Origin: Psammoneis japonica
Lineage: Eukaryota
Reading direction: 5' to 3'
NCBI GenBank assembly: GCA_008632985.1
Contig: QPGO01000114.1
Coordinates: 62,001 to 126,000, forward strand
Length of the DNA: 64,000 nt
Below, piece by piece: positions 24,940 through 36,244 of this stretch. The first letter of the stretch is position 1, and each line of letters starts with the position of its first letter. The position numbers and the translations under genes are program-made. Under the pieces are notes generated by a model, which had not been told where the DNA came from, made no database searches, and saw only the letters and a list, made by a program, of their open reading frames with translations.

Positions 24940-26500
24940 TCAGCTCAACGTCCCCATGTTCACTGTGCGCGGCTTGCTGAAACGGGTACAGCTTGGTGCA
25001 ACCATCCCTCGATGCAAAGTGCCTGGGTGATGTTCCAGCCGAGCCTCTTCATCCTTGAGAGCATTGTCATCTGGCGATGAGATTCCCTGCAGCTTGTCTT
25101 GGCGTCGCCTTTCTTGTGTGTGTGCAATCGCGACATGCAAAGGAAGGCGACCGGAAGCGTCCGAAACCCTGCACGCCTCGGGAAATTTCGAAAGAAGAGA
25201 GGGGTCTGGCGAGCTCCCGTTGATGTTAGTCGGGTTACCTGTCACTCCTGCAGGAAAACTCTGGTGACATTCTCGTCGACTGGCAGCAAAATGCAGTGGC
25301 GACCGTCCGGTCCTTGGGTCTCTGATTTTCAAGAGTTCTGGATGAGCCTCGACAGCAAGGCCAACCAAAGCCAGAGGACAAATTGACAGCGCAAGCGGAG
25401 TGAAGTGCAGGGATTTTGTTTTCAGTGGTGTCAAGTTCCACATGAACATCACCACCGTCCAGCTGCTCAAATTGGAGCAGAACCATGATTGGCAATTGCA
25501 TGTGCAGTCGATCAATCAAATCATTGCATTGGACTTTAGTCACTTGACAAGCACTCATTTCAAGAAGTTTGCCTTTGCTCAAACATCGCCTCGAAACTTG
25601 TGTCTTTCCATGAACAATGCAGTGATGAAACATCACCAAGAGACATTGAGTGGAAGGCCAGATGAGTTGGTGACAAATTGAACCCACATCAAGTCCAATG
25701 GAAGAGGTCTTTTACATCTGGCACATTCACACATCTTGGCTCTTCTTCCACCAAGAGCTGCCTTGTGACAGCAATTGAGGCATTGAATGCAGCTGCAATG
25801 ATGTGTGGAGGCATCTCACAATGATGACACATCACCACTTTGTGGCACAAGTTGACTCCCTTGGCCCTGCTTGCTTCAATGAGAAGTTGTGCCATTTCAA
25901 ACCCCCTTCCACAGAGAATGGCACATGCCAGGGGACTTGTTGGAACGCCATCACCATGTGGAAAATCTGGTTGGGTGAAGTGGCAGTTTTGGATTGAAAG
26001 TGACATGTTCAAGGCAGTCTTCAAAGCACTGTGACAGATCATCGATTTTGCTTCAGAAGCAGGAGCTGCGCCATTCCACAAAGGAATTTCCTGTTTGCAC
26101 CTCCTTCCAACAGGATTGTCTTCCAGTCTGGGGACAAGCAGAAGTGGAGTCAAAGGTGCATTGCTGTCTGCATCAATTTGCAAGACACAGCATGGATGTT
26201 GCCTGACCATGTGCTTGAAAGCCCTCTTGTTGGCACTGCTTGCTGCTTGGCCAAGATTGAAACCTTGGACAATGCTGCCCACCATGTGATGCAGTGCTGG
26301 AAGTCTTCCCAGCTCATCTTTTCCAGCAAACATGATGGTGCAGGGCAGGCACATCTCTTTACAAACAACAAGTGTTTTGAGGGTGGTTGGCTGCCACTGT
26401 TTTTGGCTTGAATTCTGCCACACAGCTCATGTTTTGCATCATTTTTCCTGAATTTCACAGTGCTTTGCCATGGTGAAAACATCAAGCCACAAGTCTGTGA
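24940..26500 (-). pseudogene. Ankyrin-like repeat gene, TpA-converted
   Basis: AHPELLKIRDPRTGRSPLHFAA, FPEACRVSDASGRLPLHVAI, DELGRLPALH. AHPE stands where AYPE is typical; almost no TA dinucleotides. Confidence 0.6.
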
Positions 26501-26812
26501 CAGATGTGGTCCATCTCCAAACTCTCATTTGTGTCATGTTCTTTGTGCATCAAAGATCTCATGCACATGAAAAGTTTGAGGACCACAAGCTGTGTTTTTG
26601 AGAAACATCAATGATTGTCATCATGGTTGTGCTTTGATCGTGGTGAATGATGTTCTCATTTTGGACTTCATGGGCAATCTCGTCCAAACAACAAGAGTGT
26701 TGTTTGCATTCAAAAATGGACACCAACAAACAACCTCACTTGAATGCCAAGGTGATTTTAGGACAAACATGAGGATGACCCCCCTTGAGAGGCACAACAA
26801 TTGTGCCACAAA

Positions 26813-27112
26813 TGTCGCGGAACATGACTCAGGCGGGACTCAGATGATTGGGTCCCGTTCACGAATGAAGAGTCACGTGATTTCTGGTCACAAGAATCAC
26901 GGCGAACCGGGATGTTTGCGATCCAGGGACGATGGTCCCCCGTGATGTTTGACGTGACGTTTGGACGTGTTACTTTGAGTTTGACAGGACTGTAATTCAG
27001 AAGAAGTAGAAAAGTAGATTATAATTTAGCGAGAGAAAAGTGAAGACCATTAATTTTAGTTTTGTGTGCTGCTGACAAGGTGTTAGTAGCATCGGCATCT
27101 GGTTGTCCAACA
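26813..27112 (+). repeat. 5' LTR (300 bp)
   Basis: TGTCGCGG...CCAACA; aligns to 32245-32548 with 8 substitutions and one 4-bp indel. Confidence 0.95.
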
Positions 27113-27171
27113 CGATATATGTCGACAGTTTGTGGCAACACTACATTCGAGAGTAGTAAGTGAGAGAAGCG

Positions 27172-28233
27172 ATGAGCAAGGAAGAACAGACCTACGAGAC
27201 TTCTTTGTCGTGGAGCGGCAAGAGAGAAGACTTCGAGATTTTTTTGGTGAAATTCGAGGCGTTCGAGAGCGACCACGGTTGTGACGAAGCAACCGATGTG
27301 GATCTAGGAGATAAGCTTCTCACCAAGGCGGAATACGTGAATGGAAAGAAGAAAGTAACGCAAGCTAATGGTACAGAGACCGAAGAAGACCTCACAAAGG
27401 AGGACAAGAGGTTGTACAAGCTGAATGCGAAATCATTTTCGAAGATCATCCGTGCGTTGCCTGAAAACTTGATCAAGGCCTGCAAGAACCAAGGTGGACC
27501 CAAGAAGTCCGTTTATTTGATCAAGGAGTATCTCAAGAAACACTACTCGGAGCAGAATGTGGTAGATGATTACCAAAACCTCTACAAGAAGAGGTTGGAG
27601 CTAGAACCTGGAGAGTTCGAGATAGCGCTGTTCTATTTCAACGAGTTGGAGGATATTAACTCCAAGTTGGGAAAGATTGATGAAAAGTATCGCTTAGACG
27701 AGCTTCAGTTGAAGACTGATATCTATTCAAAAGTCCCGGATCAAGGTAACTGGTCCTCTTTCAAGTCCGAGTATCGCAAGGACGGCGCGATGGAGAACAT
27801 TGCCTACAGTGCGTTCAAGCAGCACTATGAACGGGAGTGGAAAGCTCATGGTCCACCAGGAGGATCTACTACATCTATAGATCGATCTTCTGGAGAGGAT
27901 AAGACCCTAACTATGAAGGTACAGGGCAGCAAGTTTTTCCCGGGTAATTGTGGGAAGTGTGGCAAGAAAGGTCACAAGTCAAAATTTTGTCCTGACAAGA
28001 AGAACGCCAAGACGAAGAAATTCGATGGCGATTGCTTTTATTGCGGCAAGCATGGACATAGAGGGAGCGACTGCTTCAAGAAGAAGAAGGATGAAAAGGA
28101 GAAAGACGAAGAAACGAACGAGGTTACACTCGGAGTGTTCGATTCCGTCGACTTGGTTGAGGAGGGTAAGGACCCTATTCCAGACTCCTTCTTCGATACC
28201 TTCGATACTAAGCCCTGCAGTTCGAGACGATGA
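27172..28233 (+). CDS. gag: Gag with two CCHC zinc knuckles
   Basis: CGKCGKKGHKSKFC and CFYCGKHGHRGSDC. Intact ORF with normal Tyr content (15 Y). Confidence 0.9.
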   Translation: MSKEEQTYETSLSWSGKREDFEIFLVKFEAFESDHGCDEATDVDLGDKLLTKAEYVNGKKKVTQANGTETEEDLTKEDKRLYKLNAKSFSKIIRALPENLIKACKNQGGPKKSVYLIKEYLKKHYSEQNVVDDYQNLYKKRLELEPGEFEIALFYFNELEDINSKLGKIDEKYRLDELQLKTDIYSKVPDQGNWSSFKSEYRKDGAMENIAYSAFKQHYEREWKAHGPPGGSTTSIDRSSGEDKTLTMKVQGSKFFPGNCGKCGKKGHKSKFCPDKKNAKTKKFDGDCFYCGKHGHRGSDCFKKKKDEKEKDEETNEVTLGVFDSVDLVEEGKDPIPDSFFDTFDTKPCSSRR

Positions 28234-31200
28234 GTTCGAGAGAGAGCTTAAGAGGTGGGATACTCGGTCTGGACTGGGTTACGGCTACGATAGTAGCGGC
28301 GAACGCGCGCTGTCATGGTACGAATGGAGCGAGATGGCGGACGATGAGGACGAAGAAGACGATGACGGCATGAGTATGCCGGAGCTAGAAGGTCCTTTTA
28401 TTTCAGATAAGGTCGAGGATGAAAGTATCCCGCCCTTGGAACCGCGATATGATTCCGACAGCGATTCGGATGATGACGAGTCATTGGAGCTGATCGGCTC
28501 TCAACGCAAGTGCACCAACTGTGACGGGCCTGGACATGTCTATCGAGGCTATCGCACAACGAAGAAAGTTCAAGACGAGGACAAGGGAGACGAGGAAGAC
28601 AGTATCCCGCCCTTAGTATCTCGTGGCGGTTATGATAGCGACTCGAGCGATGACGAGTCGGTTGAATTCGAGGTTGTTTGCTCGTATTGCGGACAGCCTG
28701 GACACGAATTCTGCACTCCTTTCCAAGAGTTTTGGAATAACCCGGATGAAGAGAGCGATGATGACAGTATTCCGACTCTAGAGAGTGGTATGGACTCGGA
28801 TAGTGATTCAGAGTCCGAGTTTGATTACGATTCGGACGACGACTATGACGAAACACTGATGTCCGGTGCGCAGTATGAACCAGAACGTGGCGGTGTAAGG
28901 CTACTATTGGACTCTGGCTCGACAGCACATACTAAGAGGTCTGGTGAAGGGATGCGGAACCTCAAGGAAGTGAACAAAGTCATGAAGGACGCACACGACG
29001 GGAGTTCGATAGAGAAGCTCCAAGGAGATTTTCCATTTACGCGTCAGAATGGGGACGGTACAGTAGTTATTACTGAGATGTACGTCCAGCCAAATTTTTC
29101 ACATAACATTGTGAGTCTGACGAAGCTATTTGAGAAAAATTGCAAGCTGAGTCCGAAGACTGATCCCAAACGAGCCATTGTTCTCGAGTGCCCTGATGGC
29201 ACGGAATTAATTTTCGAAAAATCAGCGAAAGATGGGCTGTTTTATATGGAAGTTGACTCGCTGACGGATGTGTCCGAAATGACCGCAGACGTTTCTGATG
29301 GACAGAAAGCTGGACAAAAAGAGTCGGACAAGAAAGTCCATGTGAACCGCGCACACATTTTGCTGAACCACATGGGAGAACGCGCGATGAAAATGGCGGC
29401 AGCAGATCTCGGTTGGAAATTGACCGGCATACCCAAGACCTGCGAGTTCTGTGTCAAGGCAAAGGCTACAGCAAAGCCAACCGTGAAGGCTAGCGATAAG
29501 AAAGCAACCAAGCCTGGTCAGCGGCTCTGCCCAGACACGTCAGGACCATGCAAAGCGACGCGCGGCAAGAATCGATGTCATGCGATGACAGTCGATCAAC
29601 TTACAGATCGACTTTGGTCGATGTTCCAAGCAAAGAAAAATGGTTTTACGGACGATGTCAAAGCTTTGTTGACTAAGCTGAAGGGTCAGGGGTGCCCAGT
29701 CGAGTTCTCACAGATCGACAACGCTCCGGAGTGGGGTGCACTCAAGCCAATTTGTGATGAGCATGGGATCACGATCGAGCACACCTCCCCGAATGCTCTG
29801 CAGTTCAACGCGGCAGTCGAGAGAGCGTTCCCAACAGTGCGCAATGTGGCGTGCGCGGTGCTGAAAGCATCCGATTTCGACGACGCAGAGCAAAGTCGGC
29901 AGTGGGCGAATGCGCTGCAGCGCTGCACTGTCGTTCGTAACTTGGTCCCACGTGGGGACTGGAGCCGAAGACCTGGTAGAGTTTGGCGCAAAGGGGTGGA
30001 TGGCCAAGAGAAACAAGATCAAGGCCAAGTTTCAAGATCGTGCCGAGGAGGTTCGTCGCGTGGGATGCACTGAGAATCACTCGAGCGACACGTGTGTCGT
30101 TCAAAAGTTGTCCAATCGTCGTTGTGTGTTGACACGCAACGTGGCATGGGAGTCTAAAAGACGACATGATCACCTAGACCCCGAGACAGTGGTCGAAAAG
30201 CAAACTCCGCGAGTGACTTGGGCGGACGACGCAAGACCGTCAACAGTGGTTGAAGAGATGTCACGCCCCTCTCAGTCATCCGCAGATGACCCCGACTTTC
30301 ATGATTCTCATTCACAAATTGAGGAGGGAGAAGAGAGTGCAACAGACGGCGAGGAACCAACGGATGGCGAAGAAAGTGACTCCGAGATGGGTGTGCCACC
30401 TGATGGACCAGGACAGACGGATGAAGAATCAGCTGTGAACAGTCGATTGGAGTGCGAGTTGAGCAAGCTGAGGACTTCTTGTGACCCAGCTGGTCTCCCA
30501 AGCAACGACGAGGACGAGGCAGAAGCGGTGAATGTGGTCGCAGGACATGTTGATCCTGAGAATGATCGCGAAGCGATGACAGGCAACGAAGCTGACGAGT
30601 GGCGGAAGGGTCCAGTCACAGAGTGCGATGGATTTTTCGACTTGAGAACTTGGACACTGGTCAAGGAAGCCGAATTGAAAGGCAAAAAGACATCCAAGCC
30701 GCTGTCAACGAAGAACGTCTGCAAAAAGAAGTTACACGCGACAACAAAAGAGGTGCGGCATCGCGTGCGCAACTGCACTCGGGGGTTCGATGTGACACCC
30801 GGAGTTCATTTCGATGAATCTTTTGCACCTGCTCCGACGGATCACACTGTGAGACTCATGTTGGCGATGTCATTGTGGATGCTGGAACAGTTGGAAGTCG
30901 ATGATGTTGACGAAGCCGAGAAGGAGTGGATTGTCGGGCATTTGTTCGATGTTGTGCAGGCATTTCTGAACTCAGAGATGACTGGACCACCTGTGCATGT
31001 GCATCTTCCCCCTGTGTGGAAGGAGTGTTGCGAACACAAAGGTTGGGAGTGCAACGAGAACGATCTTGTTTTGCTCGGAAAGGCGCAATGTGGGCAAGTC
31101 GATGCCGCGAAGCACTGGATTGATGTGTTTGTCAGAATCATGACTGAAAAGGGCGGCGTCGAGCTTAAACGAAGCAAGACTGACCCTTGTGTGTTGCACC

Positions 31201-32244
31201 GTCATGATGACAAGGGGCAGTTGGAGACTGTCATTTTGATTTGTGTGGACGATGGTTTCATGTGTGGGAAGCCGGAAGTCGTCAAGGAAGCCAAGGACCA
31301 TCTGGCGAAGAGAGTTAAGATGCTGGACATTGGACGAATCGACACTCATTTGGGAATTGATTGTGAGTTGAAGAAAGACGAACACGGTTGGTGCTTCGAG
31401 TGCAGCACGCGCAAGTGCGTGGAAAAGATGGTTGCGGAGTGCGAACAAGGCTTCAACAAGACACTTGAGGATTGCGAGACACCTGGGGAGCCAGGGAAGA
31501 CATTGATGAAGGCGGACGAAGACCATGAGCCAGTCGAGCAAAACGGATGTCGAGCCTTCGTCGGAAAGATCCTGCATGCGATGTTGAAGGTCTTGCCTGA
31601 TTGCGCGAATGCGATTAGAGCGCTGACAATGCATTTGACGGATCCAACTGGGGATCACTGGCACGCGCTGGACAGACTTGTGGGACATCTGAAATTTCAC
31701 TGTCAGCCGTTGAAGTTGAGGTCACCTTTGGAATTAAGGAGCACAGGGATGTTCGACGCTGAGTGGGGGACGGACAAGAATGACAGAAAGAGCATTTCGA
31801 GTGACATTTCCACACTGGGCGGTGCGTCGTTGACCAATTGGCAATCGAAGAAGCAGACCTCTGTGGCGCTGAGCAGTTGTGAAAGTGAGACCATGGCGGG
31901 CACGGTGTGCGCGCAGAGCATGCAATTCCAGAATCATTTTGTTGGAAGAGCTGGTGGGTGCGGACATGTTGAAGATGCCGAGTCACGCGGTGCGGAGACA
32001 ACGCCGCATCACTGTTTCTGGCTGTCAACAACCAAGTGGGACAGCGGACGAAACACACTCACATTCGTGACAGATGTTTGGGCGAGTTGGTTCAACGTGG
32101 AGAAATTGAACCACGTCATGTCAGTGCGGAGAAGAACCCGGCAGATGTCAACACCAAGAACGCGAAGATCGAAACGCACAAGAGACTAGCTCAGAACCTG
32201 CACGACGGATTCGTGATGGTTGAACTTGAACCAATCAAGGAGGG
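28221..32244 (+). pseudogene. pol: Pol (protease, integrase, RT, RNase H), hypermutated and frameshifted
   Basis: PR LLLDSGSTAH; IN H-x4-H..CEFC, RLCPDTSGP, QFNAAVERAF; RT FDVVQAFLNS, KAQCGQ, ILICVDD; RH DAEWGTD..DRKSIS, WQSKKQTSVALSSCESE, RTKH. Frame changes at ~29960 and ~31940. Confidence 0.93.
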
Positions 32245-32548
32245 TGTCGCGGAACATGACTCAGGCGGGACTCAGATGATTGGGTCCCGTTCACGAATGA
32301 AGAGTCGCGTGATTTCTGGTCACAAGAATCACGGCGAACCGGGATGTTTGCGATCCAGGGACGATGGTCCCCCGTGATGTTTGACGTGACGTTTGGACGT
32401 GTTGCTTTGAGTTTGACAGGACTGTAATTCAGAAGAAGTAGAAAAGCAGATTGTAATTTTGCGAGAGTGAGAAAAGTGAAGACCATTGATTTTAGTTTTG
32501 TGTGCTGCTGACAAGGTGTCAGCAGCATCGGCATCTGGTTGTCCAACA
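32245..32548 (+). repeat. 3' LTR (304 bp)
   Basis: Preceded by a polypurine tract; matches the 5' LTR. Confidence 0.95.
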
Positions 32549-32639
32549 CACAAACTTGGTTGTTGTTTGTTTGCTGATGTTGAAGACAAGTGTGGTGCAC
32601 ATGAATTTAATTCTTGCACTGCAGAGCTTGCACACAGAA

Positions 32640-35300
32640 TTCTGCAGGGCCAATGTCACATGGAGTCCCACCCACTGGGACTGGAACATGTCTGGTGCTG
32701 TCCTGTTAATCTGGAGCTGGGAATTTCAAATCTCTCTCTTTTCTGGCATGGATGAAGTGACTTCTTGGCACCACAACTGCACCAGATGGGCCTTGTGCAA
32801 TGCTCAGCCACAAAACTCTCACATTGTTCCTTGGCGGGTCACACCACGGTGTCCTTTCACTCTTGAGTTGAGAGCTTCAAGTCTTGCTGTTTTTCTGGTG
32901 GGGACAGAGTGATTTGGTGACAAAGTTGCACCAAATGAGCCACATGAAGTGGCTCAGCCAAAATTCTTGAGGTGTTCCCTGGGTTCCAAGAGCCCCCCCC
33001 CCCCCCCCCCAACACCCTCTGCCTGCAGTTGTTGAGTTGGTTGGCCACATCAGAGCTCCAAGTCTCATCCTGAGTGACTGGAGGGCACAGCTGCGCCAGA
33101 GGGAGGAGCCTTGAATCACTCAGCTGTCATTGTCACAGCATTCCCTGTGCACGACCAGAGACCATCAATGCCCTCAGCCTGCAGTTGTTGTGATGGTCAC
33201 TTGGTGGCATCAGAGTCTCCTTGCATTCTGGAGTTGGGAACTTCAACTGTCATCATGCCATGGACAAAGTGAGCGGGGTCAGCCAACCTTCTCAAAGTGT
33301 TCCCTGGGCTCCACCAGAGACCCACAATGCCCCCAGCCTGCAGCTGTTGTGTTGGTTGGTGGCATCAGAGTTTCCTTGCACTCTGGACTTGGGAGCTCTT
33401 TGTCAACTCTCATCCTGGCATGGATGAAGCAACTGGGGGGCACAGCAGCTGCTCAAGAGTGCCTTGCAACACTCACACATCACTCTCAAAGTGTTCCCTG
33501 GGCATGACCAGAGACCCTCAATGCCCTCAGCCTGCATCAGTCATTGTGTTGGTTGGTGGCACCAGGGCATCCTTGCTCTCAAGAGTTGGAAATTTGTTTG
33601 GCTCTCATTCTGACAGGGATGAAGCAACTGGGGGGCACAACTGTGCCAGGTGAGCCTTGCAACACTTGGCTGCCATTCTCAAAGTGTTTTTCCCTGGGCT
33701 CCACCAGATGTCCTCAATGCCCTCAGTCTGCAGTTGTTGTGTTGGTTGGCAGCATCAGGATGTTCTTTCACTCTGGAGTGTTGATGGGAACTCAAGCTCA
33801 TCTCATTCTGCTGGTGTGGGTGAAGAGACTGGGGCCACAGCTGTGCCAGATGGGCTTTGCAACACTCAACTCATCGCACTCAAAAAGTGTTCCTCTGGCT
33901 TCACAAAGAGACCCTCAGTGTTCCCAGCTTGCATTGGTTGTGTTGGTTGGTCACATTGCAGGGTGTCCTTTTGTTCTGGGACTTGGGAATTTTGGCTCTA
34001 ATTTTTGTGTAGATCAAGTGACCAGAGGCCACAACTGCACCAGGTGAGTCTTGCAACACTCAACCACCATTCTCAAATTGTTCCCTGTGCTCCACCAGAG
34101 ACCTTCAATGCCCTCAGCCTGCAATTGTTGAGTTGGATGGTGGTGCAACTGTGTCCTTTCACTCTGGAGTTGGAACCTCAACTCTCATCCTGGCATGGGG
34201 AAAAAGTGACTGGGCGCAAACTCCACCAGACCAGCCTTGCAAAACTCAGCCACCACTGCCACCCCCCAAAGCATTCCCTGGATTTCACCAAAGACCTGCA
34301 GTCCCTCAGCCTGCATTTGTTTGGTTGATTCTTGGCAGTGTCAGAGCATTCACTCACTCTTGAGTGTGGAGCCTTGTCTCAGCTGTCACTCTGGTGTGGA
34401 TGAAGCAACTGGTGGGGGGCACAGCTGCACCACATGACTTGTGGAACACTCAACCACCATTCTCACAGTGCTTCCTGGGTTCCACAAGAGATCCAAAATG
34501 CCCTTGGCCCACAGCTGTTGCTTGCATTGATTGATGGCATCATGGTGTCCTTTCACTCTGGAGTTGGGAGCTTCAACTCTCATCACCTGGAATGGGGATG
34601 AAGTGGCTGGGGACCAAAGTTGTGCCAGATCTGCACAGATTTGCAAGCACGTGTCATGCAAGACATGACATGAACAACTTGGGTGCACCAGCTTCAATCA
34701 GGTGAGAAACATGTCACTGAATGCAAACAAACAAGGGCAAAATGGATTTGGGCAGCTGCATGTTCCACAAACAGGTGCGTGTCAGGCATGTCAATTGTTG
34801 CATTTAAGTTGGAAAATGAAAAACAACACGAACATGTTGGGGGGCAGCATTCGGGTGAACGATGAATGTGGGCATGTGCAAATGAATTAAAAAGGTGGGG
34901 CAACAATGAGAGACCATGCAAATCAACAAGTGAAGGGGACGACGGAACATGCAAAGAAGTGCGCCCAACAGTTGACAGTGGGGGATGACATGACCTGTGA
35001 TTCATGTGGCTCTTTTGCCTCTCTGATGGCCCAGCTCTCACTCTGATGTGAGTGAAGCAACTGTGGGAGCCACAACTGCTGTGCACCACATGAGTTGTGG
35101 AACATGCAACCACCATTCTCAAAGTGCTCCCTTGGTCCCGCCAGAGACCAAAAATGCACTCAGCCTGCATTTGTTGTGTTGATTGGTGATTGGCGGCATC
35201 ATGGCATCCCTTCACTCTGGAGTTGGGAGCTTCAACTCTCTCATCTCCTGGCATGGGGTTGAAGTGACTGGCAGCCAAAGCTGTGCCAGACAAGCCTTGC
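32640..35300. repeat. Degenerate tandem array of ~160-200 bp units (>=10 copies), TA- and CG-depleted
   Basis: Recurring ccctcagcctgcagttgttgtgttggttgg..cactctggagttggga..ggatgaagcaactgggg..caaccaccattctcaaagtg at ~33175, 33335, 33528, 33725, 33925, 34115, 34307 and 35161. Confidence 0.8.
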
Positions 35301-36244
35301 ATGAAAGGAGGAAAGAGAAGCAGCTCAGGAGCATGCCACTCTCTGGATTGCAGCACAACTTGAGATCAAGTCTCAGCTCAAGAGGAGCCTTGAGCAAATC
35401 AGTCAGAGAGAAAGTGTGGCCGTGCTTTGGCACAACAAAAAGACTGCCTGTGGGGCTTTTGTGCCAACTCTTCAAATGCAAGGGCTTGCTGGTGCTTGCT
35501 GTGTGAGAAGAGTGACTCATGATGAGGCACATCAGTGCCCAATGACAGTTGCTGCAGCTCTCTGGCTGGGGTGTTGTGCTGGGTGGCACACATGACTCTG
35601 CCCACTTTGTGGAGCACCAGCACATGCAAAGCTGGTGGTGTGTCTGCGCCCACTTGGCATGCTGGATGGCACACACTCAACCTGCACAGACACACAGATG
35701 TGGCACTGAGACAGCAAAAAAAAAGTCTCTGCTGGAGTCCACAACCTTCCAAGACATGGCTGGAAAGATTGAACAAAAAAGCAGTGTTTGGTCAACTGTC
35801 AGAAAAGATCTTGTGAGATTGGCCTCTTGGCGGTGACCGTGATGCCAAGCACCTCAGCAAGGAAGTCCCCTCTGCCACTTGGTGCCTCTCGCATGCAGTG
35901 ACAGGTTCAGCCACTCAGATCCTGCTCCCCCCCTCCAAGTGCCAAGCTCCCACAAAACATGAAAAGAGTCCACAGCGGCATTGGCGCAGGCACTGTGCCC
36001 GCCCGCCCGCCCGTCCGTCCATCCGTCCGTTGAGAACATTCGTGACGAGCGTAGTATGTCTTGCATCGCGATTGGGAACAGATTGCAAGCACCGTAGTCC
36101 GACTACCGTACAAAAGGATACAGAACTATGCGCTCTCTTCATTGTTCGTTTGAACGCATTTCTGAAAGCAAGATGATTTATAAGCATTACGCATTCTTCT
36201 TCTAAAACAACATTACACAGAACTGACTCCACCACTGCGGCAGT

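Larger units (their letters stand above)
26813..32548 (+). mobile_element. Full-length Ty1/Copia (CoDi-like) LTR retrotransposon, inactivated
   Basis: Two ~300 bp direct LTRs with TG...CA ends; flanking CACAAA duplication (26807-26812 / 32549-32554); PPT AAGGAGGG before the 3' LTR; domain order gag-PR-IN-RT-RH. Confidence 0.97.

Noticed and set aside
29910..32189. Alternative genetic code (TGY/CAY read as Tyr)
   Set aside because: Neighbouring intact genes and Gag use TAY normally, and the affected ORFs are also frameshifted.
29520..32240. ADAR-type RNA editing fixed by reverse transcription
   Set aside because: A>G and T>C are intermixed on one strand, the LTRs differ after integration, and flanking non-retroelement DNA is equally affected.
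24900..36050. Classical RIP or 5mC deamination as the cause of the TA anomaly
   Set aside because: These are C>T and create or leave TA. Conserved motifs show TA was lost here, and CpG is retained in Pol.
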